Position numbers and translations under genes: made by a program
Notes under the pieces: model-generated
Told to the model about the DNA's origin: nothing
What the model saw: the letters and a program-made list of their open reading frames with translations, nothing else
Databases searched by the model: none
Shown here: piece after piece, positions 1-10,049 of the stretch
Layout of the letters: each line of letters starts with the position of its first letter
Position numbering within the stretch: position 1 is the stretch's first letter
From: Candidatus Gottesmanbacteria bacterium GW2011_GWA2_43_14
GTDB lineage: Bacteria > Patescibacteriota > Microgenomatia > 2-02-FULL-39-11
Reading direction: 5' to 3'
Length of the DNA stretch: 64,000 bases
NCBI GenBank assembly: GCA_000999095.1
Contig: LCFP01000002.1
Coordinates: 5,736-69,735, forward strand

Positions 1-7
1 AAATAAA

Positions 8-2392
8 GTGGTTTTTCCCTCGAATTTCCTGGCTGCCTTTTATTCTCCATGGGCTACCATGAAGTTTCCACAATATCCGGCGGGTATTCCATATAAACCG
101 ATTGGCGGTAACGATAACGTCAGGATGTTCTATCCGTACAGATCCTTTATCAATGAATCGTTATCTCGAAGACAATTTCCGTTATGGAATCCCTACAATT
201 TTTCCGGGTCACCGCTTTTGGCCGATTTTCAGTCAGCAGTTTTCTATCCGCTGAATATAATTTATTTTTTTCTGCCGCAAATGACCGCCTGGTCATTGCT
301 TGTGGTTATTCAGCCGGTTCTAGGTACTGTCTTTATGTATCTGTATTTGCGCTTGTTTATAAAAGTTAAAGCGTCTCTTTTAATGGGCGCGGTCTCTTTC
401 GGTTTTTCAGGCTTTCTGATCGTCTGGTCAATGGAAAATGCCGTGGTTGGACAGACTGTTTTGTGGTTTCCGCTGATACTTCTTCTGACGGAAAAATTTG
501 CCGTTATAAGCTCAATAAAATATTTTGTCCCGCTGGTCATAACTCTTGCCGTATGTTTAATTGCAGGTCACTTCCAGTGGGCATTTTATATTTTTGCGGT
601 CACCCTGATCTATGGACTTATCAGGATTAACAGTTTAAATAAAACAAAGAAATTCCGCAGGTTATCCCAACTTGTCTTAGCCTATTTTTTCTGTTTTCTG
701 CTTGTCTCCGTTCAACTGTTGCCGTCGATCGAAGCATTTTATCATTCTGCCCGAAGCACTACCTCCATAGAACCCCTGTTAAACGTCTATATATTACCCC
801 TTAAATACCTGGTAAAAGTGCTTGCTCCGGATATCTTCGGCAATCCGGCCAGCGGTAATTATTTCGGTCAGGGTTTTTATAACGAAACTGTTTTATATGC
901 CGGCATAATTCCGGTTGTATTTGCCGCTTTCTCCGTACTCAAGCTCAGAAAAAATAAAATAGTCTCTTTTTTTCTTTGGACAACTTTCATTTCCTTGCTT
1001 TTCGGCATTAAATCGCCATTTTCCGACTGGTTTTACCGCTTGTCTTTGCCTTTGATCACAACCTTTACACCCAGCCGGATATTCTTTGTCACATCAACCG
1101 GTCTTTCAATTTTATCCGCTTTCGGACTATCTTACTGGCTGAATAAAAGGGATAAAACAAGCAGCCGGATTATTTCTCTGACTTCACTGGTTTTTATCGT
1201 GATTCTCTTGTTTTTTGCAGGAATATATTATCTGACCGAAGTGTTTTTAATTAAAAACATGCTGCTGGAATTTTTTTATATCCGTATTAAGCCGAATTCC
1301 CTGATGTCCGTTGCCAAGGCAACTACAAGTCTCAGAAACATAGTTCTGCCTGTATTGATGGTCTTATCTCTTATTCCTTTGACTTATCTTAAATACAGAA
1401 AAATTGCCGGTTTTCTTATTGTCCTGATTTTTTTTACGGGCCAGCTGTATTTTCTGAATAAATATCTAGTTTTGGGGGATCAGGCACTTCTTTACCCGGA
1501 ACATTTCATTTTTTCAGACATTTTGTCCCAACGAAATAAATTTGGCAGGTTTGTCAGTTTCGGCTTGCCTATTGCGGGAAATGTCGCTATGGAAAAAAAG
1601 GCTTATTCACCCGATGGCATTGATCCCGTATTTTCCAGAAGGTACGGACAGTTGATTGAGGCTGCCAAAAACGGTGGCAGATATACAAATGATATCGATA
1701 GGATTGCCGTTGATGTCTCCGGTTATTCCGATAATTATAAAAGTTGGGCTAATGATAAAAATTACCGTTTGTTAAATTTGCTGTCTGTAACCCGTATCTA
1801 TAATTACGAGAATGCATATAAAGATCAAGTCAATTTTTCCGTACTCTTTCCGGAATCCCGGTTCTTGCCTGTCTGGAATCGTGACGGCTGGCAGGCTTAT
1901 GAAAATAAAAATGCTAATCCGAAAGCCTTTCTGGCTGATTCATATTTAGTCGAAGCAGAACCGCAAAAATCATTGGATGAAATTTTCAATCCCGCAAATG
2001 ATTTGGAAGAAATAGTCATTTTGGAAGAAGAACCCGGTATTTCCGGATATGAAGTAGGAAGTGATAATGGGGAAGTTAAATCGGCAACTATTACAGATTA
2101 CCGGGCACAGTCAGTAAAAATTTCTGTTGAAACGGATAAACCGCGCCTGCTGTTTTTGTCCGACAATTATTATCCTGGCTGGGTTGCCCGGATTGACGGA
2201 AACAAAACTAAAATATACCGCGCTGATTTTGCATTCCGGGCTGTTACGGTCCCGCAGGGAAAACACACGGTAACATTCTCCTTTGAACCTGATCTTTTTA
2301 AAATAGGTTCTGTCATTTCTGCAACAACCCTTCTTCTTCTCGTCATGTTATTTATAATGAGAAATAACTTTAAGAAATTATTCGTTACCTAA
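8..2392 (+). CDS. YfhO-family multi-pass membrane protein (GT-C-like); true start may lie upstream of the window
   Basis: 794-aa ORF; N-terminal 'PLWNPYNFSGSPLLAD..SAVFYP' and C-terminal 'LFLSDNYYPGWVARIDG..IYRADFAFRAVTVPQGKHTVTFSF' typical of YfhO; many TM segments. Confidence 0.8.
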   Translation: MVFPSNFLAAFYSPWATMKFPQYPAGIPYKPIGGNDNVRMFYPYRSFINESLSRRQFPLWNPYNFSGSPLLADFQSAVFYPLNIIYFFLPQMTAWSLLVVIQPVLGTVFMYLYLRLFIKVKASLLMGAVSFGFSGFLIVWSMENAVVGQTVLWFPLILLLTEKFAVISSIKYFVPLVITLAVCLIAGHFQWAFYIFAVTLIYGLIRINSLNKTKKFRRLSQLVLAYFFCFLLVSVQLLPSIEAFYHSARSTTSIEPLLNVYILPLKYLVKVLAPDIFGNPASGNYFGQGFYNETVLYAGIIPVVFAAFSVLKLRKNKIVSFFLWTTFISLLFGIKSPFSDWFYRLSLPLITTFTPSRIFFVTSTGLSILSAFGLSYWLNKRDKTSSRIISLTSLVFIVILLFFAGIYYLTEVFLIKNMLLEFFYIRIKPNSLMSVAKATTSLRNIVLPVLMVLSLIPLTYLKYRKIAGFLIVLIFFTGQLYFLNKYLVLGDQALLYPEHFIFSDILSQRNKFGRFVSFGLPIAGNVAMEKKAYSPDGIDPVFSRRYGQLIEAAKNGGRYTNDIDRIAVDVSGYSDNYKSWANDKNYRLLNLLSVTRIYNYENAYKDQVNFSVLFPESRFLPVWNRDGWQAYENKNANPKAFLADSYLVEAEPQKSLDEIFNPANDLEEIVILEEEPGISGYEVGSDNGEVKSATITDYRAQSVKISVETDKPRLLFLSDNYYPGWVARIDGNKTKIYRADFAFRAVTVPQGKHTVTFSFEPDLFKIGSVISATTLLLLVMLFIMRNNFKKLFVT

Positions 2393-2690
2393 CTTTTTTA
2401 CTGCTTCCCAATAGGAGGAGTATCGTTTTAACTTTTGTACATACCAGTATTCAAATCCCCATAAAATAATATATTCCGCCTTAATTTTTTCTGACGCTCT
2501 TTTGATGTTCTTCTTAAGTTTTTCCGGAATCATGCTGGGAGTGCTTTCATATTTTTTCGGTGCTCCCATGGTTCTGCCTGCAATTCCGTGATTATTACAG
2601 GCTTGCCAAGTTTTTGCAGCTGACTGTTAATTGAGTCGTCCCGGATGCCTTTGGAAAAAGCGCCTTGGGGTGATATTTTCGGCATGCTGA
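2378..2690 (-). pseudogene. Frameshifted C-terminal fragment of a GH-A-clan glycoside hydrolase-like gene
   Basis: One frame reads 'LGKPVIITELQAEPW' (~2610-2566); the adjacent frame continues '...IILWGFEYWY..YWEAVK*'; no N-terminal part. Confidence 0.55.
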
Positions 2691-2790
2691 CCGATAAATT
2701 TGGCATTGAGTGGACGGGGAATATAACTACGTTCCCTATTTTTTAGTAGAATAAGTAAAGTATCAACCGGTTTTTCAAAATACCCCGGAA

Positions 2791-4134
2791 ATGAATAAAT
2801 TATCAATAAAATCATGGTACCTACTTTTCCCAATCTTGTTATTAGCAGTTTCTCTAAGACTGTTTAATCTGCCAGAAAGGGTCATCTTCGATGCAGACCA
2901 GGAATTTGCCGCCACATTCGCTTATGAAGTTCTAAAGATATTTCCGGTACGACTTATTGGCCAGGGTTTGTCCGTCCAAAGCCTTTTTATGGGGCCTTTA
3001 TATTTTTACTTTCTGGTTCCTTTTTTTGCAATTTCCCGTTTGCATCCTATAGGCGGTTATATAGGTTCAATTGCTTTGGGCCTTATCACTATTTCATTAT
3101 ATTTTTGGGTATTCAAATCCGTTTTTGGTACGAAAGCAGGCCTCATTGCTGCATATCTTCGCACCATCCTGTTTTTTTCCGTTCAAACGGATTTACTGAT
3201 GACTCCAGCTTTTTCAAGCGATCTTGCGGTTGTCCTTACTTGGTATTGTTTTTATAAATACTGGCATGATAAACACTTTTATCTTTTACCCTTAAGCTTT
3301 CTGTTCGGTCTCTATACCAGTTTTCATCCCATATTATTCCCTTTTTATTTTATTTTACCGGTTTTATTTTTGTTAAAAAGACATTTTCCCCCACCGAAAT
3401 ATCTGATCCTGTCTTTTTTATGTTTTTTGCTTCCGCTTTCACCACTTCTGATTTTCGAATACTTCCACAATTTTACGGAAATAAAAGCACTTTTTTTAAT
3501 TAAGAATTCAGGTAGTTCAGAAATAAAAACTGTTTCTATACTGATTGATTACCTGAAAATAATATTTATTTATCCGGTCAGAATGCTCGGCATATCATTA
3601 CCCGATAAAATTGTTTTAGTCCTGGCGTTTATATTTTATTCCCTCAGCAGTATATTTATTGCCCGAAAAATAAGTTTTTGGAAACAATCATTTCACCGGA
3701 TTTTTCCTTTAACGACTTTTATTATTTTTCTGCTGTATTATTTTATTCTCCCTGTTCATGTACCTGATTATTATTTTTCAGCCGTTTTTACCGTTATTTT
3801 TATTTATTTTGCAGGAAATATAAGTATTATGTTAAAAAAAAAGCAATTTATTTCTGCATTTTTCCTGCTTTTATTAATTACTCTTACCAATTTTGTCAGG
3901 CTTCACCAGTCATTCACAAGTCCTTTTCGCGCATCACTCAAAGACAAAGAAACCGTAATCAGAACAATTAGGCGTCTTTCTCCGGATAACAATATGAAAG
4001 TTTACTACGATACTGATCTTGGCTTGCACTTCGGTTTAGGCTATCTGCAGAGATATTACGGCATGGAAGCGAACGGCGGTCCGGGCACACCTGAATACAT
4101 TATAGTTATTCCCTCATCCAGAAGGAAAAATTAA
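2791..4134 (+). CDS. ArnT/PMT-like (GT39/GT83) membrane glycosyltransferase
   Basis: 'LRLFNL..IFDADQE', 'GPLYFYF', ~11 hydrophobic segments. Confidence 0.7.
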   Translation: MNKLSIKSWYLLFPILLLAVSLRLFNLPERVIFDADQEFAATFAYEVLKIFPVRLIGQGLSVQSLFMGPLYFYFLVPFFAISRLHPIGGYIGSIALGLITISLYFWVFKSVFGTKAGLIAAYLRTILFFSVQTDLLMTPAFSSDLAVVLTWYCFYKYWHDKHFYLLPLSFLFGLYTSFHPILFPFYFILPVLFLLKRHFPPPKYLILSFLCFLLPLSPLLIFEYFHNFTEIKALFLIKNSGSSEIKTVSILIDYLKIIFIYPVRMLGISLPDKIVLVLAFIFYSLSSIFIARKISFWKQSFHRIFPLTTFIIFLLYYFILPVHVPDYYFSAVFTVIFIYFAGNISIMLKKKQFISAFFLLLLITLTNFVRLHQSFTSPFRASLKDKETVIRTIRRLSPDNNMKVYYDTDLGLHFGLGYLQRYYGMEANGGPGTPEYIIVIPSSRRKN

Positions 4135-4191
4135 CTATCTTATTCATCGGGAAGTGTAGGATTAGTGGTACTTCATCCTTAGCAATATTTA

Positions 4192-4218
4192 ATACTGCTT
4201 ATTGAATGAAGTTAGAAT
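4192..4218 (+). repeat. att-like site A (tRNA-Glu array)
   Basis: atac-N16-ttagaat (atactgcttattgaatgaagttagaat); same spacing and frame (YCLLNEVRIF) as sites B-D. Confidence 0.55.
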
Positions 4219-4383
4219 ATTCTATGGTACTAAAACATTCTATAAATGCAGATAATTTTAAATTAGTTATAAAAGCTTGCGCAGAGCATAGAGACAAAAA
4301 AATATTTTGAACTTCCTGGAAGTGCATTCACAAAAGAGAATGCAGTTATAGATTTATAATGCCCTATAGTATAATTCGACTTT

Positions 4384-5349
4384 ATGAATACGGAAAATCC
4401 CAGAGCACGGGGGTTACATCATCTTCAGCCGTCAGATCCTGTAATGGATCAGTGGGAAAAAATCGGTTTAATTGAACCTGATTTGGCACTTGTAAGGCAA
4501 TATGCATCAGAACTTGATGATTTTATTTATTTTTACCATCAAAAATTTAACTCATGGGTACAGAGTTTTGGAGGAAAATCATATTCTGAGATCACCACAA
4601 TTTCTCAGCATATGCTTCTCAAATTGTTGGGGACAACATCAAATGAAGACAGAGAAAAGTTTTCCTCCACAGCCTTTCCCAAATTAGCCCACCTCACCTG
4701 GAGAATTGTTTCAGCGATTGATGATTTTGCTGACAGACAATCTACGAACGCGGCAGATTTAGAAATCCTTACTGACAGCGAAGGAACAAAAGTAGCTGAC
4801 ATGATCAAGGAAATAACCAGAATTCCCAATTCCGACAAAGCCGGTCTTTGGTTTATTAAGCAAACACTTATATATATTGAAAAACATGAAATAGCTGTAT
4901 TAACCTTTGAGGAGGCAAAAGGTGCAAAGGAAAAAACAACAGGTATATTTACTCAGGCTGTAACTTTGGGCGCGTGGCCATTTCTTATGGTTAATTTCCC
5001 CCGACAAATGTCCCGGTTCCCCATTAAAAAATTTGTGCAGCATTCCATATCAGGTTCTCTGATTGCACAATGCCTGGATGATATAGCGGATTTCAGGAAT
5101 GATTTAGGAAATTCTGATTCGAGTTCTTTACTGATTTCGGCCGCAGGAAAAGCCGGAGAAAAAGACATATTAATGGATATGCTAAAGACTGGAATTCCGA
5201 TTACAATTGCAGAATTAATAAAGCGTAAACTGTATACACCAATTATATTTACGGAATATTTTCAATCTCTGTTAAATAAAATGCCTCAAGCGCCTTCCGA
5301 TATGAGATCATATTTTACGTATCAGTTTTTCAACCTTGAAAGTGATTGA
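4384..5349 (+). CDS. Class I isoprenoid synthase-fold (polyprenyl/terpene synthase-like) protein
   Basis: Two DDxxD motifs ('AIDDFAD', 'QCLDDIAD') with an intervening 'EKTT' (KT motif); helical composition. Confidence 0.55.
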   Translation: MNTENPRARGLHHLQPSDPVMDQWEKIGLIEPDLALVRQYASELDDFIYFYHQKFNSWVQSFGGKSYSEITTISQHMLLKLLGTTSNEDREKFSSTAFPKLAHLTWRIVSAIDDFADRQSTNAADLEILTDSEGTKVADMIKEITRIPNSDKAGLWFIKQTLIYIEKHEIAVLTFEEAKGAKEKTTGIFTQAVTLGAWPFLMVNFPRQMSRFPIKKFVQHSISGSLIAQCLDDIADFRNDLGNSDSSSLLISAAGKAGEKDILMDMLKTGIPITIAELIKRKLYTPIIFTEYFQSLLNKMPQAPSDMRSYFTYQFFNLESD

Positions 5350-5475
5350 TCCGAGATTAATTTCCAAGACGGTCTTGTAAATTTAGATTCAACACGATGT
5401 GTTCCTCTGTTTCTTATACTAAAGTTTTTTTAACATACGATCGGCTATCTTTTGTAAACCGCCTTGTACCGAATT

Positions 5476-5502
5476 GTACAGGCTATTGGACGAAGTTCTA
5501 AC
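5476..5502 (+). repeat. att-like site B (tRNA-Glu array)
   Basis: gtac-aggctattggacgaag-ttctaac (N16); nearly identical to site C. Confidence 0.75.
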
Positions 5503-5571
5503 ATATTATTTATTTTTCAGCTCTCTTTTCGGTGCGAAGTGATTAGCTATGATTTGTGCTCCCGACCTTAA

Positions 5572-6003
5572 CTATATTTTTTTACCACTCACATCACCAA
5601 TCGGCTCGACTATTTTCCAGTAGGAATCCTTTCGGACGACTTTGCCCTTTTGAAACTCCCAAAGATCACAACCTCGCACATTCAAAATATCCCCTGATGT
5701 TGAAGTTCCAGTGAGCGTCCATTCTGATACACCCGTATCTGCATATGCTGACACCCAATGTCTATCGTCTCCGTAGTGAACGTCAGGAATACCTTCGAAT
5801 CGACTGGCAAGAGCTTTACGCACCTGGTCCTTGCCGACGAAGCGTTGTCCCCAGGGTTCAGGGCCCCTTGGAAAATCAAAGGAGCAGTCATCAGAGAAGA
5901 ATTCCATAATCGCATCGAGATCATGATTATTGAATGCTTCAAGAATTTGCTTTAAAGTCCCGACTGTGATGTCCCCATGGTTTATATTTCTTTTAACTGA
6001 CAT
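5572..6003 (-). CDS. SnoaL-like / NTF2-family protein
   Basis: 'EAFNNHDLDAIMEFFSDDC..', 'GVSEWTLTGT..VRGCDLWEF..GKVVRKDSYWK'. Confidence 0.85.
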   Translation of the reverse strand: MSVKRNINHGDITVGTLKQILEAFNNHDLDAIMEFFSDDCSFDFPRGPEPWGQRFVGKDQVRKALASRFEGIPDVHYGDDRHWVSAYADTGVSEWTLTGTSTSGDILNVRGCDLWEFQKGKVVRKDSYWKIVEPIGDVSGKKI

Positions 6004-6091
6004 TATCTAATTTTAACAGATTTTCCTCCGAGTTGCGGACAGTATTGAGAACTTATATTTTAGCCTGTCAGATAAGCTTATTTAATTATAT

Positions 6092-6118
6092 GTACAGGCT
6101 ACTGGACGATGTTGTAAC
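6092..6118 (+). repeat. att-like site C (tRNA-Glu array)
   Basis: gtac-aggctactggacgatg-ttgtaac (N16), followed by ttatttc. Confidence 0.75.
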
Positions 6119-6144
6119 TTATTTCGCAAAGCAAGTTGGGTCAA

Positions 6145-6618
6145 TTATCTTTTTATTTCTTGCTCTACTTGTAAAACATACGTATCTCCACTGGAAGTTA
6201 TTATTCGTAAGAACCATTTACCATCTTTTGTAAGTATTCCGTCAGCGTTCTCTCCGTTTGTCATATTTAAAACATTAAACGTCGCTTTGATATTTTCAGG
6301 TCCTTTTTGATTATAGAATGTAAAATTTCTTGTTGATTCATCTTTTAATCTTTCTTCGTAAACAATAATTGCACCTTCGTATTCTAAACCTTTTAAATCC
6401 GAATCTTCAACTTTGTTTATTCTCAATGCTTGAGGTAAAGAAGTAAACCCATGAAAACGAAGGTTGGTTTCAAAACCCTGAATAAGTCTGTCTTGCCCGT
6501 AAGTTTCGCCAATGTTTTTAGTTTTTGTTCCATCAATCGGAGATAATCGGTTAAATTTATCAATGCTTTGATATAAATTTGATAAATTATTTTGAATAAT
6601 TGCTGGTCTTATATCCAT
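6145..6618 (-). CDS. Hypothetical protein (AT-rich)
   Basis: 157-aa ORF with ATG start and an upstream TTTACA-N17-TAGATT promoter-like element; no recognised motif. Confidence 0.6.
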   Translation of the reverse strand: MDIRPAIIQNNLSNLYQSIDKFNRLSPIDGTKTKNIGETYGQDRLIQGFETNLRFHGFTSLPQALRINKVEDSDLKGLEYEGAIIVYEERLKDESTRNFTFYNQKGPENIKATFNVLNMTNGENADGILTKDGKWFLRIITSSGDTYVLQVEQEIKR

Positions 6619-6724
6619 AATTTTGGTCTTTTAAGAATAATCTAATACTTATACTATAATTTGTAAAGCGAAATAAACGAAATAAATTACAGATATAAAT
6701 TGATATAGTAGCGTCTATAAATTT

Positions 6725-6751
6725 GTACACCTTATTTAACGATATTCAAAC
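6725..6751 (+). repeat. att-like site D (tRNA-Glu array)
   Basis: gtac-accttatttaacgata-ttcaaac (N16). Confidence 0.6.
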
Positions 6752-6938
6752 CGAAACTTTGGACTATTGGAATAATATTTTCCTTAATTTAAAAGACTAT
6801 ATTTGTACTAGGCTCTGAAGTTAGGATCTCTTTAAAAATACTATTAGAACGAACCACATAATTACATTTCTCCTATATTCAAATATATTAATTGCTTATC
6901 CTATTTAAATAAAATAATATCGAATTAAATATTTATAA

Positions 6939-8147
6939 TTGAAAATGAAAAATGAAATAAATATATGGTCAATAAAGAATAAAAAAAATAAATTTCTTCA
7001 GATCAAATATTTCTTAATATTATTAGCGCTACTTTTGATCGTATTCGCTATCTATTTCCAAATTTTAAATAAAATTAATTTATTAACGATTCAATTTCAA
7101 ACTACTAATCCATCTCCTACTATTAATCCGGAAGAAGTAAAAAAGGTTAAAAAAGAAAAGTACGTTCAAAATATTCTTTCGTCTATGACACTTGAAGAAA
7201 AGATCGGACAGATGATTATGTGGGGTATAAATGAACCTGTATTATCTTCCGAATCAGCATCTATGATAGAAGATACTCATGCAGGAGGAGTGATAATAAT
7301 GATTAATAAAGATCAAGTATTCACACCACAACAGATCAACAAGCTAACTCATCAAATCAAGTATTTAAATAACAAAATACCGCTTTTTATTGCCATTGAT
7401 GGAGAAATCGGAATAATAAAATCTAAAATATCTGGTTTTGAAAATTATAATCAGTTTCCAGAATATATGGATGACAGTAAATTCTGCTCCGAAGTATCTG
7501 ATATATCAAACTTTCTTTATGATAATGGAATTAATGTTAACTTTGGAATTATTGCTGATATTGGTTGGAATCAAGGTTTTATCAAATACCGAACATATGG
7601 AAATACTCCTGAAAGTGTAAGAAACAGAATTACTACAGCAATTGATTGTTCAAATAATAATTTACTTATAACTGTAAAACACTTTCCCGGGCATGGAAGA
7701 ACTGTAGTAGATTCTCATTATACTTCTCCCATTATTGAGACCGACTATGACAAATGGCTAAAAACAGATAAAGTTCCTTTTCAAGAAGCTATAGATAAAA
7801 AAGTGGATCTCGTTATGATGGGACATTTGATTTATAACAAAATCGCTAGTGAACCAGCCAGTTTATCACTGGTTCATAATAATAATGTCCGTCAAATGGG
7901 TTTTGATGGAATTATTATTACTGATGATTTGGGTATGTTAGAAAGTAGTGGAATAGAACCTAAAGAAGTTCTAAATAAGGCAATTAATGCTAAAAATGAT
8001 ATTTTGTTATATGTAAACCATAGGCTTGATGCGAATGAAATAATCAATCAAATCGTTAATGAAGTTGAAATTCATAATATTTCTGTAAATAGAATAAATG
8101 AAAGTGTTCAACAAATATTAAAAAGTAAATATTCAATAATTGATTAA
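6939..8147 (+). CDS. Membrane-anchored GH3 beta-N-acetylhexosaminidase (NagZ-like)
   Basis: 'MTLEEKIGQM', 'PLFIAIDGE', 'KHFPGHGRTVVDSH', 'GFDGIIITDDLGM'; N-terminal TM; very AT-rich. Confidence 0.85.
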   Translation: MKMKNEINIWSIKNKKNKFLQIKYFLILLALLLIVFAIYFQILNKINLLTIQFQTTNPSPTINPEEVKKVKKEKYVQNILSSMTLEEKIGQMIMWGINEPVLSSESASMIEDTHAGGVIIMINKDQVFTPQQINKLTHQIKYLNNKIPLFIAIDGEIGIIKSKISGFENYNQFPEYMDDSKFCSEVSDISNFLYDNGINVNFGIIADIGWNQGFIKYRTYGNTPESVRNRITTAIDCSNNNLLITVKHFPGHGRTVVDSHYTSPIIETDYDKWLKTDKVPFQEAIDKKVDLVMMGHLIYNKIASEPASLSLVHNNNVRQMGFDGIIITDDLGMLESSGIEPKEVLNKAINAKNDILLYVNHRLDANEIINQIVNEVEIHNISVNRINESVQQILKSKYSIID

Positions 8148-8266
8148 TTACCTAAATTGTGCTCTTTCAGTCGTTGTTTAAGATTTTCAGAGTATCCGAT
8201 GTAAATCCAAGAAGGGAAATTTATACTTTGTAAAACATAAACGTAGTGAAACTTAAACATAAAAAT

Positions 8267-8292
8267 AGGGACGCACCAGCCGGTGCATCCCT
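8267..8292 (-). terminator. Putative intrinsic terminator hairpin
   Basis: Minus strand agggatgcacc-ggct-ggtgcgtccct, followed by atttttatg. Confidence 0.5.
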
Positions 8293-8338
8293 CGCTTTAT
8301 TGTTTTAAATACAGTTTCATTATTATACGGATTGGATT

Positions 8339-8505
8339 CCTGACTTCGGACATTTAGTGCCCCAAAGACCGTAATTTCTCCAGTTGTCCACAAAGTTTTG
8401 GATCTTCAATTGTGGTTTCCACAAATCCAGTTTCTCCAGTCTTCAGAATGGTTATCTGTGGGCTAAAATCTTTTGAGCCACTTTTAAGAGGTGTCCGAAG
8501 TCAGG
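8339..8505. mobile_element. 167-bp segment bounded by perfect 14-bp inverted repeats (MITE-like or paired IS ends)
   Basis: cctgacttcggaca (8339-8352) and tgtccgaagtcagg (8492-8505); no clear target-site duplication. Confidence 0.55.
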
Positions 8506-8703
8506 TGACTTTCTCTTTTTTAATAGACCAACACCGGATAGTTTGTTGATATGAAAGGTAACGGTGGGCTGCCGCAGGGATAAGTGTTCCACAATTTCGG
8601 TAACCGTTGCTTACCTTCCGATTTTTTTAAGGTAATCCAAAATGGTCAGCCTGGACGGAATACTGGCTGTTTCCAAACACTGTCGGCATCTCTGGTGAAT
8701 CAT
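8506..8703 (-). pseudogene. ArsR-family regulator pseudogene, paralog of 11122-11385
   Basis: Reads MIHQRCRQCLETASIPSRLTILDYLKKIGR*ATVTEIVEHLSLRQPTVTFHINKLSGVGLLKKRK; in-frame TAA at 8613-8611; similarity ends at the inverted repeat. Confidence 0.8.
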
Positions 8704-8748
8704 ATTTATTGGTATCTATCGGAAGAATATTATTTAAACACCAAAAAG

Positions 8749-9672
8749 TCAATTATTATAGCTTATCAGGAGAGCTCCGTCATCGTAAATCATACCCACT
8801 CCCGGAGCGTAGCGTTTGGTTGAAGGCGGAGTTTCTTCAACATAAAGTACATTATTAAAAATTCCTGCGGGAGTGTTATAATTTTGTTCAAATCTGATAT
8901 GGGCAGCCCTGTCCATAGCTATACCTGGAGCTACTTCCTGCTGGTAAGTTTGTCCCACAGTTGGATTAGCCGGCATGACAATTCCCGGTTTATTTGATCC
9001 TTCTCCGGCCCTCCAGGCACCGGAATGACCGACAATTTGCCCGCCGGAATAGATATCAACGTCCTCTCCGTAATAGCAGACCGTACCGTCCGGGGCGGCA
9101 ACAAAGAAATTACGGGAAATTTCAATAAGATTCCCGTTATTGGTTTCATATTCTTCCACTACCCTGGTTGTGATTCCCGCAACGACTTCAGTCTGATTTA
9201 ATACTGAAAATTTTACCGTAAAAGTTCCGTCGGATATGGTATTAACTTTACCTACCGGAAGGGGAAAATAAGGATTGGTTATATTTAATGAGAAAGGTCC
9301 GTTGGTTGGGTCGCAGATCGAAATATCCAGTTCTCCGGTTGCAGGTTGAGTAGGCTGGGTACCGGTTACCGTAGGAAAAGGGCTTGAATTTTTATTGTAA
9401 TTATTCAGCCAGATAACGTAATCAAGACCGTCAACCTTTCCGTTATTGTTGAAATCTCCGGATAGCCTGCCGTCGCTGACTGTTTTGTTATAATTTTTAA
9501 GCCAGATAACATAATCAATTCCATCCACTTTGCAGTCACGGTTTGCGTCCCCCGCAAGCTCCGTAAGGCAGGTTTGGGCCTGAACTTCAGGAACCGGTTT
9601 ATTCAGAAAATAGAAATCTGTTAATAAAATTATTAATGAAAGAAGAATGTAGGCAAATATTTTCCTAAACAT
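8749..9672 (-). CDS. Secreted dockerin type I domain protein with uncharacterised C-terminal domain
   Basis: Signal/TM segment; two repeats 'GDANRDCKVDGIDYVIWL' and 'GDFNNNGKVDGLDYVIWL'; P/T linker. Confidence 0.8.
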   Translation of the reverse strand: MFRKIFAYILLSLIILLTDFYFLNKPVPEVQAQTCLTELAGDANRDCKVDGIDYVIWLKNYNKTVSDGRLSGDFNNNGKVDGLDYVIWLNNYNKNSSPFPTVTGTQPTQPATGELDISICDPTNGPFSLNITNPYFPLPVGKVNTISDGTFTVKFSVLNQTEVVAGITTRVVEEYETNNGNLIEISRNFFVAAPDGTVCYYGEDVDIYSGGQIVGHSGAWRAGEGSNKPGIVMPANPTVGQTYQQEVAPGIAMDRAAHIRFEQNYNTPAGIFNNVLYVEETPPSTKRYAPGVGMIYDDGALLISYNN

Positions 9673-10049
9673 GTTTATAATTCAGTATCACAAATTATTT
9701 TTTTAATTTCAACAAGTTATTTGAAAAAGTAACAAAAGGGGGCGCAAAAGGGCAAAAGGGGACGGTTCTTAAATAGCCTCGTTTTTGATAAAATAGGAGT
9801 ACCGGATTTTAAACGATACTTGGTACTCGCTTTATATATAAATGATAAAGGTAGTTGCTATGTTTTTAAAATAGTCAAGATAAAGCTAATAATGAATCAT
9901 ATAACTTTAATCATTTATTGGTAAAAAAAACTATTGAGATATCTTGTACAAAGATAGCTGTAAAGTCATTATTCGAAGCTAAATATATTAAAACGTAAAT
10001 GAGTGAAATACAGTGAGGTTAATTTATTAGTTTAATATTCGGTTATTAG

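Noticed and set aside
4192-8150. Classical integron with attC sites
   Set aside because: No IntI; the sites are not RYYYAAC...GTTRRRY imperfect hairpins; genes are in mixed orientation with their own promoters.
9735-9770. aaaaggg(g) tandem motif ending ggggacggttctt
   Set aside because: Short and low-complexity, with no partner copy or associated transposase in the window.
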